Shown here: positions 1 through 8,501 of the stretch, piece by piece
How positions within the stretch are numbered: the stretch's first letter is position 1
Layout: every line of letters starts with the position of its first letter
NCBI GenBank assembly: GCA_038230375.1
Contig: JBBRNJ010000008.1
Span: 1-64,000, forward strand
DNA: 64,000 nt
Source of the DNA: Polyangiales bacterium
Lineage (GTDB): Bacteria; Myxococcota_A; Polyangia; Polyangiales; Polyangiaceae
Direction of reading: 5' to 3'
Notes under the pieces: generated by a model
The model's database searches: none
What the model saw: only the letters and a program-made list of their open reading frames with translations
Told to the model about the DNA's origin: nothing
Translations under genes and position numbers: made by a program

Positions 1-2
1 CG

Positions 3-272
3 GACACGCACGGCGTGATCATGATCGGCGAGATCGGCGGCGGCGCGGAAGAGCGCGGTGCGGACTACATCAAGGCCAACATGAAGAAGCCGGTCGCCGC
101 GTTCATCGCGGGGGCCACGGCGCCGCCAGGCAAGCGCATGGGCCACGCAGGCGCCATCATCGCTGGCGGCAAGGGCACGGCGGCCGAGAAGGTCAAGGCG
201 CTCGAGGCCGCAGGCGTGAAGGTCGCACCGACGCCTTCGGACATGGCGAGCACGCTGAAGACCATGATGTAG
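3..272 (+). CDS. sucD: Succinyl-CoA ligase alpha subunit, C-terminal part (truncated by window start)
   Basis: MIGEIGG...[26 protein letters not shown] with the phospho-His motif MGHAGA. Confidence 0.96.
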   Translation, partial: DTHGVIMIGEIGGGAEERGADYIKANMKKPVAAFIAGATAPPGKRMGHAGAIIAGGKGTAAEKVKALEAAGVKVAPTPSDMASTLKTMM

Positions 273-312
273 TCGCCTTGCCAAGGCGTCCCGAATTCGC
301 TCTACTTGCCGG

Positions 313-603
313 ATGCAGCCCCGAAAAAAGAAGGCTACGGCGTTCGTTCCACGGATGGTGGTGACGGGAATCGTGCTGGGCGTGGTGCCCGCATGCGCGC
401 TCCAAGCGTGCACCGCTGGCACCGCGACTCAGGCCGGCCAGGTGAAGGACGCTGCGTCCGAACAGACCGAATACGACGGGCCCGTCTTCGCGCTTGCTCA
501 GCAAGGCTTCGATTCGGGGTTCGATGAGGACGCCCCCTTCATCGCGCTGGCGCAGCAAGGGTTCGACGCTGGGCTGGATGGGTCAGACAGCGGCGATGGC
601 TGA
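313..603 (+). CDS. Small exported/lipoprotein-like peptide with two 18-aa repeats; putative RiPP-like precursor
   Basis: Basic N-terminus (RKKK), hydrophobic stretch, lipobox-like VPAC/LQAC, then DGPVFALAQQGFDSGFD and DAPFIALAQQGFDAGLD; stop overlaps the next ATG (596-603). Confidence 0.75.
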   Translation: MQPRKKKATAFVPRMVVTGIVLGVVPACALQACTAGTATQAGQVKDAASEQTEYDGPVFALAQQGFDSGFDEDAPFIALAQQGFDAGLDGSDSGDG

Positions 604-1441
604 CAAGGCCGGCTTCGTCGTCACCACACGCAGCTTCTCCGAGTCACCACTCTCCAAGCACCACGAGCGCCTGCTCGACGATGGCGGTACGCGGAAGATC
701 TCGCCCATTCCGTGGGCATCTTTCGACCGCGACAAGTACCACCCCGAGGCCCTTCGCCTTGCCGGGCTCGCCAACAAGGCGCTGGCCACCGGGGAGTACG
801 GTGCCGTCACGGTGTTCTCGCGCATCACCGCGTCCATGGCGCTTCATTCCATTCCATGGGACTTCATCTCTGCTGCGTCGCGCGTTGCGACCGACGAGCT
901 CCGTCACGCCGACTACGCCGCCCACTTCGCCGAGGTCTGCACCGGCCGCCCCGTCACCCTCAAGCTGCCGCACTACGCGGTGGACAGCACGCCCCTCGCG
1001 CTTCCGGAGCTCGATCGCATCGTCCTCGAGCTCGCCGCGATAGGCGAGGCGTTCGCGTGCGGGCTCATCGCGGCTTGCCTGGACCGCGCGGAGGATCCCG
1101 TCGCACGCGCGTTCTTCGGCAACCTGCTGCGCGACGAGGTTCATCACGCGCGCCTCGGGTTTCACTATCTCGCGTGGCGCGCCCCGCAGTGGTCGCAGAA
1201 GGAGCGCCAGGCGCTGGCTGACACCGCGGGCAAGATCGTCATGGAGGTGGAGCCCCGCTTCTGTCGCGGCAGGAACGCTTCACCTGCGGCGCGGCGCTCG
1301 GCCGACGCGCTCGGCGTGCTCGACTCCCGCGCCCAGATCGACGCGACGAGCAGCATCACCAAGGAACAGATCGTCCCCGCGCTGGATCAACTGGGCCTAG
1401 GCGCATCGCACGCGTGGCGCGTCCGAAGACGCGTGGCGTGA
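596..1441 (+). CDS. Ferritin-like di-iron four-helix-bundle protein
   Basis: E...ExxH...E...ExxH ligand pattern: GEYGA, DELRH, IGEAF, DEVHH; start taken as ATG 596 overlapping the upstream stop. Confidence 0.85.
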   Translation: MADKAGFVVTTRSFSESPLSKHHERLLDDGGTRKISPIPWASFDRDKYHPEALRLAGLANKALATGEYGAVTVFSRITASMALHSIPWDFISAASRVATDELRHADYAAHFAEVCTGRPVTLKLPHYAVDSTPLALPELDRIVLELAAIGEAFACGLIAACLDRAEDPVARAFFGNLLRDEVHHARLGFHYLAWRAPQWSQKERQALADTAGKIVMEVEPRFCRGRNASPAARRSADALGVLDSRAQIDATSSITKEQIVPALDQLGLGASHAWRVRRRVA

Positions 1442-2868
1442 AGCGCGCCGCTCTTCCCGACACGGGTTTCCATTCTCTGAAGAGGCCCGTTCCGCCGCGA
1501 ACGGCGCTCGCATTGCAAAGGCACCTGCACGGGCTTCTACGCTGGCAGGAGGATTTGCGCCGCTGGCCCCTCCCGCCGATGCGGCAGGCATTCCCGGACG
1601 CGACGCCCTTCGTGTCCTTCCACTCGGCGCGCGGGACGCTTGGCTGCATGGGCTCGCACGAAGGGGAGCCACGCGAACGCGTGGGGCGCGCATTCTTGCT
1701 CGCGCTACACGACGCACGCTTTCCGGTGATCCTGCCTGCGGAGCGCGAAGAGCTCGCCTGCGAGCTCTCCTACGCGCACTCGCTCGTCCGCGTTGGGCTA
1801 GAGGAGCTCGCCGCACGCTTCGAGGCAGGCAAGCATGGTGTGTGTACTGTGCATGCATCTGGACAGCGCGCAGTGCTGTTCCCCAGCGTTGCGTATGACG
1901 GCATCCGCAGCGCGGCGCACATGCTGGAAGCGCTCGCCAGAAAGGGCGGCACCGAGCTCTTGCCCACGAGCGCGCTCTACCTCTTTGGCGGTTCGCATGT
2001 GGTGGTGCGCTCGCGTCACGCGCACGTCCCCCCGGACGACGACGACACCCGAGATATGGCTGCCGCGTGGCTCGCCGGGTCGATCCAGGACGACGGCGCC
2101 GTGGTGTTCGCCGTTGACGCGCGCACGGCCGTGGGCACGTTGTCCGGCGCGTCGCAGCACGCGCGGACGGCGGTCGTTGTGAAGGCGCTCCTTCGTCATG
2201 GAACGTTCGTCAAGGCGGCGCTCCGGGCTCGAGCTCGCCTCACGCGTGACATCCGCGAAGGTCTCGAGGGCAAGGCCGTCCCGGGCTTTCCTGCAGCGCC
2301 ATCCGAGGTGGCTGGGATGCTCGCGCTCGCTTGCTGGTCCGGCGCTCCGCTCGAACCAGAGCTCCTTGCCGCGGCGCGGGCGGAGAGCCTTGCAAGCGCG
2401 CCATGGTACGCGGCGCAGGTGGTCCTGGCCCTGGGTGAACGTGCTCCAGGCGTACTGTGGGAGGCGTGCGTGGCCGATCTTGCGAAGACCCCATGGGCAC
2501 CGTGGACGGCCATGGCCGCGCACGCCCTGGAACAGCATGCAATATACAACCAATGTGCGGTGACGCTCGCGGAGGGATTGCGGGGCGCGTCGCCCTACCA
2601 CGGTGCGTTTGCGCCGAAGGCGGGCGTCGTCCCGGAGGTGGCGCTCACGGCGGTCGCGGTGGAGGCACTGGCGCTGCGCCCAGACCACCCGTTGTTCAAG
2701 GCAGCACGAGACCGAGGCCGCGCGTTCTTGCGGCGCACCCAGCTCACGTCCGCTCAGACCCCCGCCTGCGTGGACCCGCGCACCGCGCGCGGCGCATTCC
2801 CGCTCACGCCGAGCGTGATGATGCTTCGCGCCGACGTGACAGCGCACGCGCTTCTGGCGCTCCTTTGA
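1438..2868 (+). CDS. AMMECR1-domain protein with C-terminal helical (alpha/alpha-toroid-like) domain
   Basis: FVSFH..GTLGCMG, DARFP, GKHGV, LFPSV and LARKGG match AMMECR1 motifs (LRGCIG, DPRF, GxHG, LPxV, KAG); GTGA overlap with the upstream stop at 1438-1441. Confidence 0.75.
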   Translation: MKRAALPDTGFHSLKRPVPPRTALALQRHLHGLLRWQEDLRRWPLPPMRQAFPDATPFVSFHSARGTLGCMGSHEGEPRERVGRAFLLALHDARFPVILPAEREELACELSYAHSLVRVGLEELAARFEAGKHGVCTVHASGQRAVLFPSVAYDGIRSAAHMLEALARKGGTELLPTSALYLFGGSHVVVRSRHAHVPPDDDDTRDMAAAWLAGSIQDDGAVVFAVDARTAVGTLSGASQHARTAVVVKALLRHGTFVKAALRARARLTRDIREGLEGKAVPGFPAAPSEVAGMLALACWSGAPLEPELLAAARAESLASAPWYAAQVVLALGERAPGVLWEACVADLAKTPWAPWTAMAAHALEQHAIYNQCAVTLAEGLRGASPYHGAFAPKAGVVPEVALTAVAVEALALRPDHPLFKAARDRGRAFLRRTQLTSAQTPACVDPRTARGAFPLTPSVMMLRADVTAHALLALL

Positions 2869-2874
2869 GGAACG

Positions 2875-4446
2875 TCAGAGCGGCTGGACTTCTGTCGTCT
2901 CCAGGCTTGCTTCCATGTCCGAGAGCACGCGCGTTGCGGCGTTGTGGCCCGCGGCTCCGATGATCCCGCCCGCGGGGTGACAGCCGGCTCCGCACGCGTA
3001 GAGCCCGCCGATGGGCGTGCGGTACGGCGCGCGGTCCGAGAAGCCGATGCTGTTGTCCACGTGCTGGATGTGGCCGCGCGAGATGCCGAAGAGCGTCTCG
3101 AGCTTCTTCGGGTGCAGCGCGCTCACGTCCACGATCTGCGCGGCAAGGCCCGGCGCATGGCGCTCGCAGGTGGCGAGCACGCGTGTGGTGAAGGCCTCTT
3201 CGCTTGCGGCCCACGTGGACCCTTCCAGGTCGTAAGGCACTCCATGCACCATGACGGACGCGGTCACGACGTCCTTGCCAGTGCCATCGGGCAGGAGCGA
3301 TGTGGTCCACTCGATGGGCGGCGCGTCCGGGAGCTCGCCTGCCTTCATCTGCGTGCGCGCCTTGCGGAGCGCTGCCATGGTGTCCTTGTCTCCTGCCGGA
3401 AGGAGCGACAGCGTCGCGGAGCCCACATGGCCGTCAGCATCGGAGAGACAGGTCCACCCTGGCACGCCCGACAGCGCGACGTTGAGCTTCAGGGTTGCGC
3501 CGTCCATCGCGAGCGCGTCCAGGCGTTTGTTGTATTCTGCAGGCAATCTCTCGGCGCCCACGAGCGCTCGTGTGCGGAACGGGTCTGCGCCAGACACCAC
3601 GGTGGTCGCCGCGAGCTCGCTTCCGTCGGTCAGGAGGACGCCGCTCACGCTGTTGCCGGCGACCAGGATCTGCGCGACGGCCTTTCCCATCTGGATGGTG
3701 ACGCCCGCCTTCTCCGCCGCCGCGACCAGGGCCCTGGTGAAGGCGCCGATGCCGCCCTTGATCTCGACGAACGAGCCTTCGCCGCCAGGCATGCGGCCCA
3801 TGTGCTGGACGAGGAACGTCATGCCACTGCCGGGCGCGTCGTAGTCGAGCGGGCTGCCCCAGACACCGTCGGTCGCGAACATGCCGAGCAGCAGCTCGCT
3901 CTGGAAGCCGAAGCGACCGAGGTAGCTCATGACGCTGCCACGACACAGCTCGATGAAGGCCTTCCGGTTGGGGCCGCGCACGCGCCGCTCCGCAGTGCTC
4001 TCGATCGTGTCCGGCTCGAGCAGCCACGACACGGCGACGTCCGCGCGGATCTCGCCGAGCTCCCGCGTCATCGCTTGCCACGCCTTCGCGTCCGCAGCCG
4101 AGAACGTCTTCTCGATCCCTGCGCGAGTCCGCTCTGCGTCGGGTCCGAACATCACGTGCTTGCCGGCCTCGGTCGTGGCGAGGATGCGCTGGCAGCCGCG
4201 TGGGGTCGTCTCCAGCGTCACGCCGAGCCGGGTGAGCAGCTCCGGCGGGACGAGGCCCACGAGGTAGGCGCCGGTCTGCGCGGACACCTTGGGCGCCTTC
4301 GTGAAAGGAAACTCGGTGCGTGCGGCTCCGCCCGGGACGGCCTTGTCCTCCAGGACGCACACGCTGAGCCCGCTCCGGGCCAGGAGAATGGCCGCCGCGA
4401 GTCCGTTGTGACCAGCGCCGATCACGATCACGTCCATCGCATCCAT
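2875..4446 (-). CDS. Phytoene dehydrogenase-like (PYROXD2-type) FAD-dependent oxidoreductase
   Basis: [11 protein letters not shown]ossmann motif, GGAARTE, C-terminal [30 protein letters not shown]. Confidence 0.88.
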   Translation of the reverse strand: MDAMDVIVIGAGHNGLAAAILLARSGLSVCVLEDKAVPGGAARTEFPFTKAPKVSAQTGAYLVGLVPPELLTRLGVTLETTPRGCQRILATTEAGKHVMFGPDAERTRAGIEKTFSAADAKAWQAMTRELGEIRADVAVSWLLEPDTIESTAERRVRGPNRKAFIELCRGSVMSYLGRFGFQSELLLGMFATDGVWGSPLDYDAPGSGMTFLVQHMGRMPGGEGSFVEIKGGIGAFTRALVAAAEKAGVTIQMGKAVAQILVAGNSVSGVLLTDGSELAATTVVSGADPFRTRALVGAERLPAEYNKRLDALAMDGATLKLNVALSGVPGWTCLSDADGHVGSATLSLLPAGDKDTMAALRKARTQMKAGELPDAPPIEWTTSLLPDGTGKDVVTASVMVHGVPYDLEGSTWAASEEAFTTRVLATCERHAPGLAAQIVDVSALHPKKLETLFGISRGHIQHVDNSIGFSDRAPYRTPIGGLYACGAGCHPAGGIIGAAGHNAATRVLSDMEASLETTEVQPL

Positions 4447-4560
4447 GCGCTCGAACCTATCATGCTCTGCCAGAGCCACGCGCCCGAAACCATTTGCCAT
4501 CGCTTCACTTCTCACCTAAAGGACCGCCCAAATTCAGCCGGATTTTCCTGGGAGTTAGAC

Positions 4561-4989
4561 ATGGCCATCGAACGCACGCTCTGCATCATCAAACCGGACG
4601 CCGTGGAGAAGCGGAAGGCGGGGGCCATCCTCGCGCTGCTCGAGGAGAACGGGTTCCAGGTGCTTGCGCTCCAGCGTTCCCACCTCACGAAGCACGTGGC
4701 TGAGGGCTTCTACGCCGTCCACAAGGCGCGCCCGTTCTTCGGCGAGCTCGTGACGTTCATGACGCGCTCGCCGGTGGTCATCGCCGTCCTCGAGCGCGAC
4801 GACGCAGTCGCCAAGTACCGCGGCGTGATGGGCGCCACGGATCCCGCGAAGGCGGATGCCGGCACCATCCGCAAGCTCCACGGCGCGAACGTCGGCGAGA
4901 ACGCCGTGCACGGCTCGGACTCGCTGGAGAACGCAAAGAACGAGATCGCGTACTTCTTCGCCGCGTCCGTCGTCGCCCCGTCGGCCTGA
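4561..4989 (+). CDS. ndk: Nucleoside-diphosphate kinase
   Basis: [36 protein letters not shown]. Confidence 0.97.
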   Translation: MAIERTLCIIKPDAVEKRKAGAILALLEENGFQVLALQRSHLTKHVAEGFYAVHKARPFFGELVTFMTRSPVVIAVLERDDAVAKYRGVMGATDPAKADAGTIRKLHGANVGENAVHGSDSLENAKNEIAYFFAASVVAPSA

Positions 4990-4998
4990 TCTCGCGTC

Positions 4999-5775
4999 AT
5001 GCCAGAACCTTCCAACAGACGGCCCTCGAACCACGAAGGCTCGCGGCACGCGCCCCTCAGGGACGTGCTCGCGGGCCTTTACAATTTGGAGACGCTCCTG
5101 CGCAGCCCGCGGGCCGCGAATGCCATCATCCTTGGCGTGTTGCCCGAGCTTGATCGCGGCGCGCGCACCCTGCTCGCGGCATTCGGCGACCTGGGCGAGG
5201 ATCCGGCCAGCATCGCGCTCTCCGAGTATGCCAGGGCACGCGTGGATGCGATCTGCGCTGCCATCGCCGAGGTGCCGCTCACGTTGCAGCCACGCGCGCG
5301 GCTGACGTTGCTCTCCAAGGTGATCGCAGTGCGGCCCGAGCTGGTGCTTGCCGTGGACCTGCTGCACATCCTGGAGCTGTCGCGCGCCCCAGAGGCCACG
5401 GATCTCGATCTGGGCGAGTCCTGCCGCGTCGCGTTCGCGCGGGAGCCAAGGCTCGCGGAGCCGCCGCCCGTGAACGTGCAGGTGGAGAAGGCGTCCGGCA
5501 GCATCATGTATGATGCACGCATCTTGACGTTCTTGCTTCGCTCGGCGTCCACGGCGTGTAGGCGCACCGCAGTCCAGGCCGTGAGCGCGACGGAAGAACC
5601 AGACGGAGTCGCCGTGTTCACGTTCACGGGCAGCGGCGCCGAGCTCCTGCCGGGCCCCGATGGGCCGAAGACGCCGAGCGAGGCGATCTTCCGCAGCGTC
5701 CTTTTCCGCTTCGGTGGCGAGATGGAGAGAGGCGCGCCGTGCCGCCTCCGCCTTCCGGCGATGAAGCGAATGTAG
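4999..5775 (+). CDS. Hypothetical protein, possibly a degenerate histidine-kinase/HATPase-like fold
   Basis: Co-oriented ORF filling the ndk-dapD gap; DLDLGESCRVAF and IMYDARILTFLL loosely resemble HK segments but no N/G boxes are present. Confidence 0.55.
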   Translation: MPEPSNRRPSNHEGSRHAPLRDVLAGLYNLETLLRSPRAANAIILGVLPELDRGARTLLAAFGDLGEDPASIALSEYARARVDAICAAIAEVPLTLQPRARLTLLSKVIAVRPELVLAVDLLHILELSRAPEATDLDLGESCRVAFAREPRLAEPPPVNVQVEKASGSIMYDARILTFLLRSASTACRRTAVQAVSATEEPDGVAVFTFTGSGAELLPGPDGPKTPSEAIFRSVLFRFGGEMERGAPCRLRLPAMKRM

Positions 5776-5789
5776 TACCGGGTTCTACC

Positions 5790-6653
5790 ATGACGACCAG
5801 TGACGAGGCCCTTGTCACCGCCGCGTGGGATGACCGCGCGCTCCTCGCTTCTTCAGAGCCACACCGTGATGCCGTGCTGCGGACGCTCGCGGCCCTGGAC
5901 GCCGGGAAGCTGCGCGTCGCGTCTCCGCCAGAGGAAGCGTCGGTTCGCGCCGCCGACCTCCATGCGGCTGCGCCCACGCCCTACGTGGTCCACGCGTGGG
6001 TGAAGAAGGCCATCCTGCTCTACTTCGCCATCCGCAAGATGGAGGTGATGGATGTTGGCCCGTACCAGTTCCACGACAAGATCCCGCTCAAGAAGGAGCT
6101 CGAGGCCCACGGGGTGCGCGTGGTCCCGGGCGCGGTCGTGCGCTACGGGTCGTTCGTGTCGCCGGGCGCGATCGTGATGCCGGGCTTCGTGAACATCGGA
6201 GCGCGCGTGGGCGAGGGTTCGATGGTCGACACGTGGGCCACCGTCGGCTCGTGCGCGCAGGTCGGCCGCGACGTTCATCTCGCCGGCGGCGTTGGCATCG
6301 GAGGCGTGCTCGAGCCACCGGCGGCGCGGCCCGTCGTGATCGAGGACGGCGTGTTTGTCGGCTCGCGCGTTGTCATCGTCGAGGGCATGCATGTCGGCAA
6401 GGAGGCGGTCATCGGCGCAGGCGTGGTGCTCACGCAGAGCACGGCCATCGTGGACGTCACGGGCACGGAGCCGGTCGTGCACCACGGCTTCGTTCCGGAG
6501 CGCAGCGTGGTCATTCCTGGCGTCCGTCAGAAGAGGTTCCCCGCGGGCGAGTACGGTGTTCCGTGTGCGCTCATCATCGGGCGCCGCAGCGAGACGACGG
6601 ACAAGAAGGTGAGCCTGAACGACGCGCTGCGCGACTTCGGAGTTCCGGTATGA
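5790..6653 (+). CDS. dapD: Tetrahydrodipicolinate N-succinyltransferase
   Basis: WVKKAILLYF, DKIPLK, RVVPGA, MVDTWATVGSCAQ, GIGGVLEP. Confidence 0.96.
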   Translation: MTTSDEALVTAAWDDRALLASSEPHRDAVLRTLAALDAGKLRVASPPEEASVRAADLHAAAPTPYVVHAWVKKAILLYFAIRKMEVMDVGPYQFHDKIPLKKELEAHGVRVVPGAVVRYGSFVSPGAIVMPGFVNIGARVGEGSMVDTWATVGSCAQVGRDVHLAGGVGIGGVLEPPAARPVVIEDGVFVGSRVVIVEGMHVGKEAVIGAGVVLTQSTAIVDVTGTEPVVHHGFVPERSVVIPGVRQKRFPAGEYGVPCALIIGRRSETTDKKVSLNDALRDFGVPV

Positions 6654-7735
6654 GCGCGCCGAGCACGGAGCAGAAGAAGCTGCTCGACGACACGCTGCTC
6701 TGGCTCTGCGCCACCGACTCACCCATCGGCGAGGAGAAGGCGCTGTGCGACGCCGTAGAGAAGCGCCTCGCAGAAGGGCCGAAGAAGCTCGCGGCGCGGC
6801 GCTACGGCAACTCCATCGTGGTGCCGTTCATCCGGAAGGGCGGGGGACGCAAGCACATCGGCCTGGTCGGTCACCTGGACACCGTGCGCACGGAGAACGG
6901 GCCTGCGCGCGTCGACGGAGATCGTCTGTACGGCTCCGGATCGTCGGACATGAAGAGCGGGCTCGCTGTGATGATCGCCCTTGCGGAGACCGTGGACGAG
7001 CTCCCGTGCGACGTCACGCTGGTCTTCTATGCGCGCGAGGAGGGGCCGTTCGCGGAGAACGAGCTCGGTCCGGTGCTCGAGCAGGACCAGGACCTGGCGA
7101 CGCTCGACCTTGCAGTTTGCATGGAGCCGTCCGACAACAAGCTGCATCTGGGGTGCAACGGCTCGCTGCACGCGGAGCTCACATTCGTGGGACGCACGGC
7201 GCACAGCGCGCGTCCGTGGGAGGGCGAGAACGCGGTGATGAAGGCGGCGACGTTCCTCGCTGACCTGGCCGCGCGCGAGCCGGAGCCGGTGGAGATCTCC
7301 GGCGTCACGTATCGCTCCGTGTTCACGGTGACGCAGGCGAAGGACGGCGGCCGCGGGCGCAACGTGGTCCCGGATCGCTTTCTGCTGAACCTCAATCACC
7401 GGTTCGCGCCCACGTTCACCATCGAGCAAGCAAAGGCGCGCGTCGTCGCGCTCGTGGGCGGCCGTGCGGATGTCCGCTTCATCGACGAGAGCCCCGCGGC
7501 CATGCCCTACCGTGATCATCCCCTGGTCCACGCACTGGTCGCCGCCGGCGTGCGGGACGTCGCTCCGAAGCAAGCGTGGACCGACGTGGCGCGGTTCTCG
7601 GCGCTGGGTATCGCGGCCGTGAACTTTGGCCCCGGCGAGAACGCGCAGGCACATCAGAAGAACGAGTCGACGTCACTCGCGCTCGTGCACGAGGGCTTCG
7701 AGATCGTGCATCGCTGGCTCTCCGGCATCCGTTGA
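6650..7735 (+). CDS. dapE: Succinyl-diaminopimelate desuccinylase (M20, actinobacterial-type)
   Basis: GHLDTV, GSSDMKSG, REEG, AHSARPW, WTDVARF, AQAH; ATGA overlap with dapD. Confidence 0.92.
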   Translation: MSAPSTEQKKLLDDTLLWLCATDSPIGEEKALCDAVEKRLAEGPKKLAARRYGNSIVVPFIRKGGGRKHIGLVGHLDTVRTENGPARVDGDRLYGSGSSDMKSGLAVMIALAETVDELPCDVTLVFYAREEGPFAENELGPVLEQDQDLATLDLAVCMEPSDNKLHLGCNGSLHAELTFVGRTAHSARPWEGENAVMKAATFLADLAAREPEPVEISGVTYRSVFTVTQAKDGGRGRNVVPDRFLLNLNHRFAPTFTIEQAKARVVALVGGRADVRFIDESPAAMPYRDHPLVHALVAAGVRDVAPKQAWTDVARFSALGIAAVNFGPGENAQAHQKNESTSLALVHEGFEIVHRWLSGIR

Positions 7736-7772
7736 ATCCATGGTAGTTTCGCGCTCTCCGGAGGTCTCGCCG

Positions 7773-8498
7773 ATGTCGTCTCGCGTTTCGATGCTCGTTC
7801 TGCTCGTGCCAATCCTCGGGCTTGCTTCGTGCGGCCTGCTGAAGAAGGGCGGGGCGGGGGATGCATCCGCGGACGCCGACACCAGCGCGGCTGATGCAGC
7901 GCCCACGACGGTCGCAGCCTCCAACGACGCGGACCTCACGCATCCCGCGGACGAAGCGAAGATCGATCCGCCGGAGGACGCGGCGATCGCCGGCTGGTCC
8001 GCGACGGCGAAGACGGGCCCCGGTACCGGGACCACGGTGGCGACGCTCGCGAAGGGCACCGCGGTCTCCAAGATCGCCACCCACGACAGGTACGTACTCG
8101 TCATGTTCGACGCGCCGAAGGATCCGTCGAAGAAGGTCGCCGGCTGGGTGACCACCGATGCTTTCACGGCGCAGACCGTCGTCGTGCGCAGGGATGGCGG
8201 CGCAACGGCCTCCGATGGCGGCGCGAAGGACGCGGGCATCGTGGCGATGGTCGTCGACGCGAGCGCGGCGATCACGCCGCCTGTCGTCGGGGGTACGGTT
8301 CCTATCGCTCCTCCGGGCAGTGTCGAGGTCGCGCCGACCGCAGGCGTATGCCCCGCCGACTTCTCGCTCGGCCGCGACACGCGCTGCCACAAGAACTGTT
8401 CGTCCGGACCCACCGTGTGCAAGCTCGCGCGGTGCTCGTCGAACTGCGGGACCAGCGGCCCCGTGTGTGTGACGCCACTCTCGGTCTGCGCACACTGA
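7773..8498 (+). CDS. Lipoprotein with SH3b-like domain and Cys-rich C-terminus
   Basis: Lipobox LASC; KTGPGTGTTVATLAKGTAV...GWV SH3b-like segment; eight Cys in the tail; GGAGG RBS. Confidence 0.7.
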   Translation: MSSRVSMLVLLVPILGLASCGLLKKGGAGDASADADTSAADAAPTTVAASNDADLTHPADEAKIDPPEDAAIAGWSATAKTGPGTGTTVATLAKGTAVSKIATHDRYVLVMFDAPKDPSKKVAGWVTTDAFTAQTVVVRRDGGATASDGGAKDAGIVAMVVDASAAITPPVVGGTVPIAPPGSVEVAPTAGVCPADFSLGRDTRCHKNCSSGPTVCKLARCSSNCGTSGPVCVTPLSVCAH

Positions 8499-8501
8499 CC
8501 C

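Noticed and set aside
2875..4446. Carotenoid (crtI) gene
   Set aside because: No crtB/crtE neighbours, and the motifs fit the broader PYROXD2-like family.
2944..4560. 681-aa ORF appearing to extend ndk at the N-terminus
   Set aside because: The extension is the antisense shadow of the oxidoreductase; ndk starts at ATG 4561 after GGGAG.
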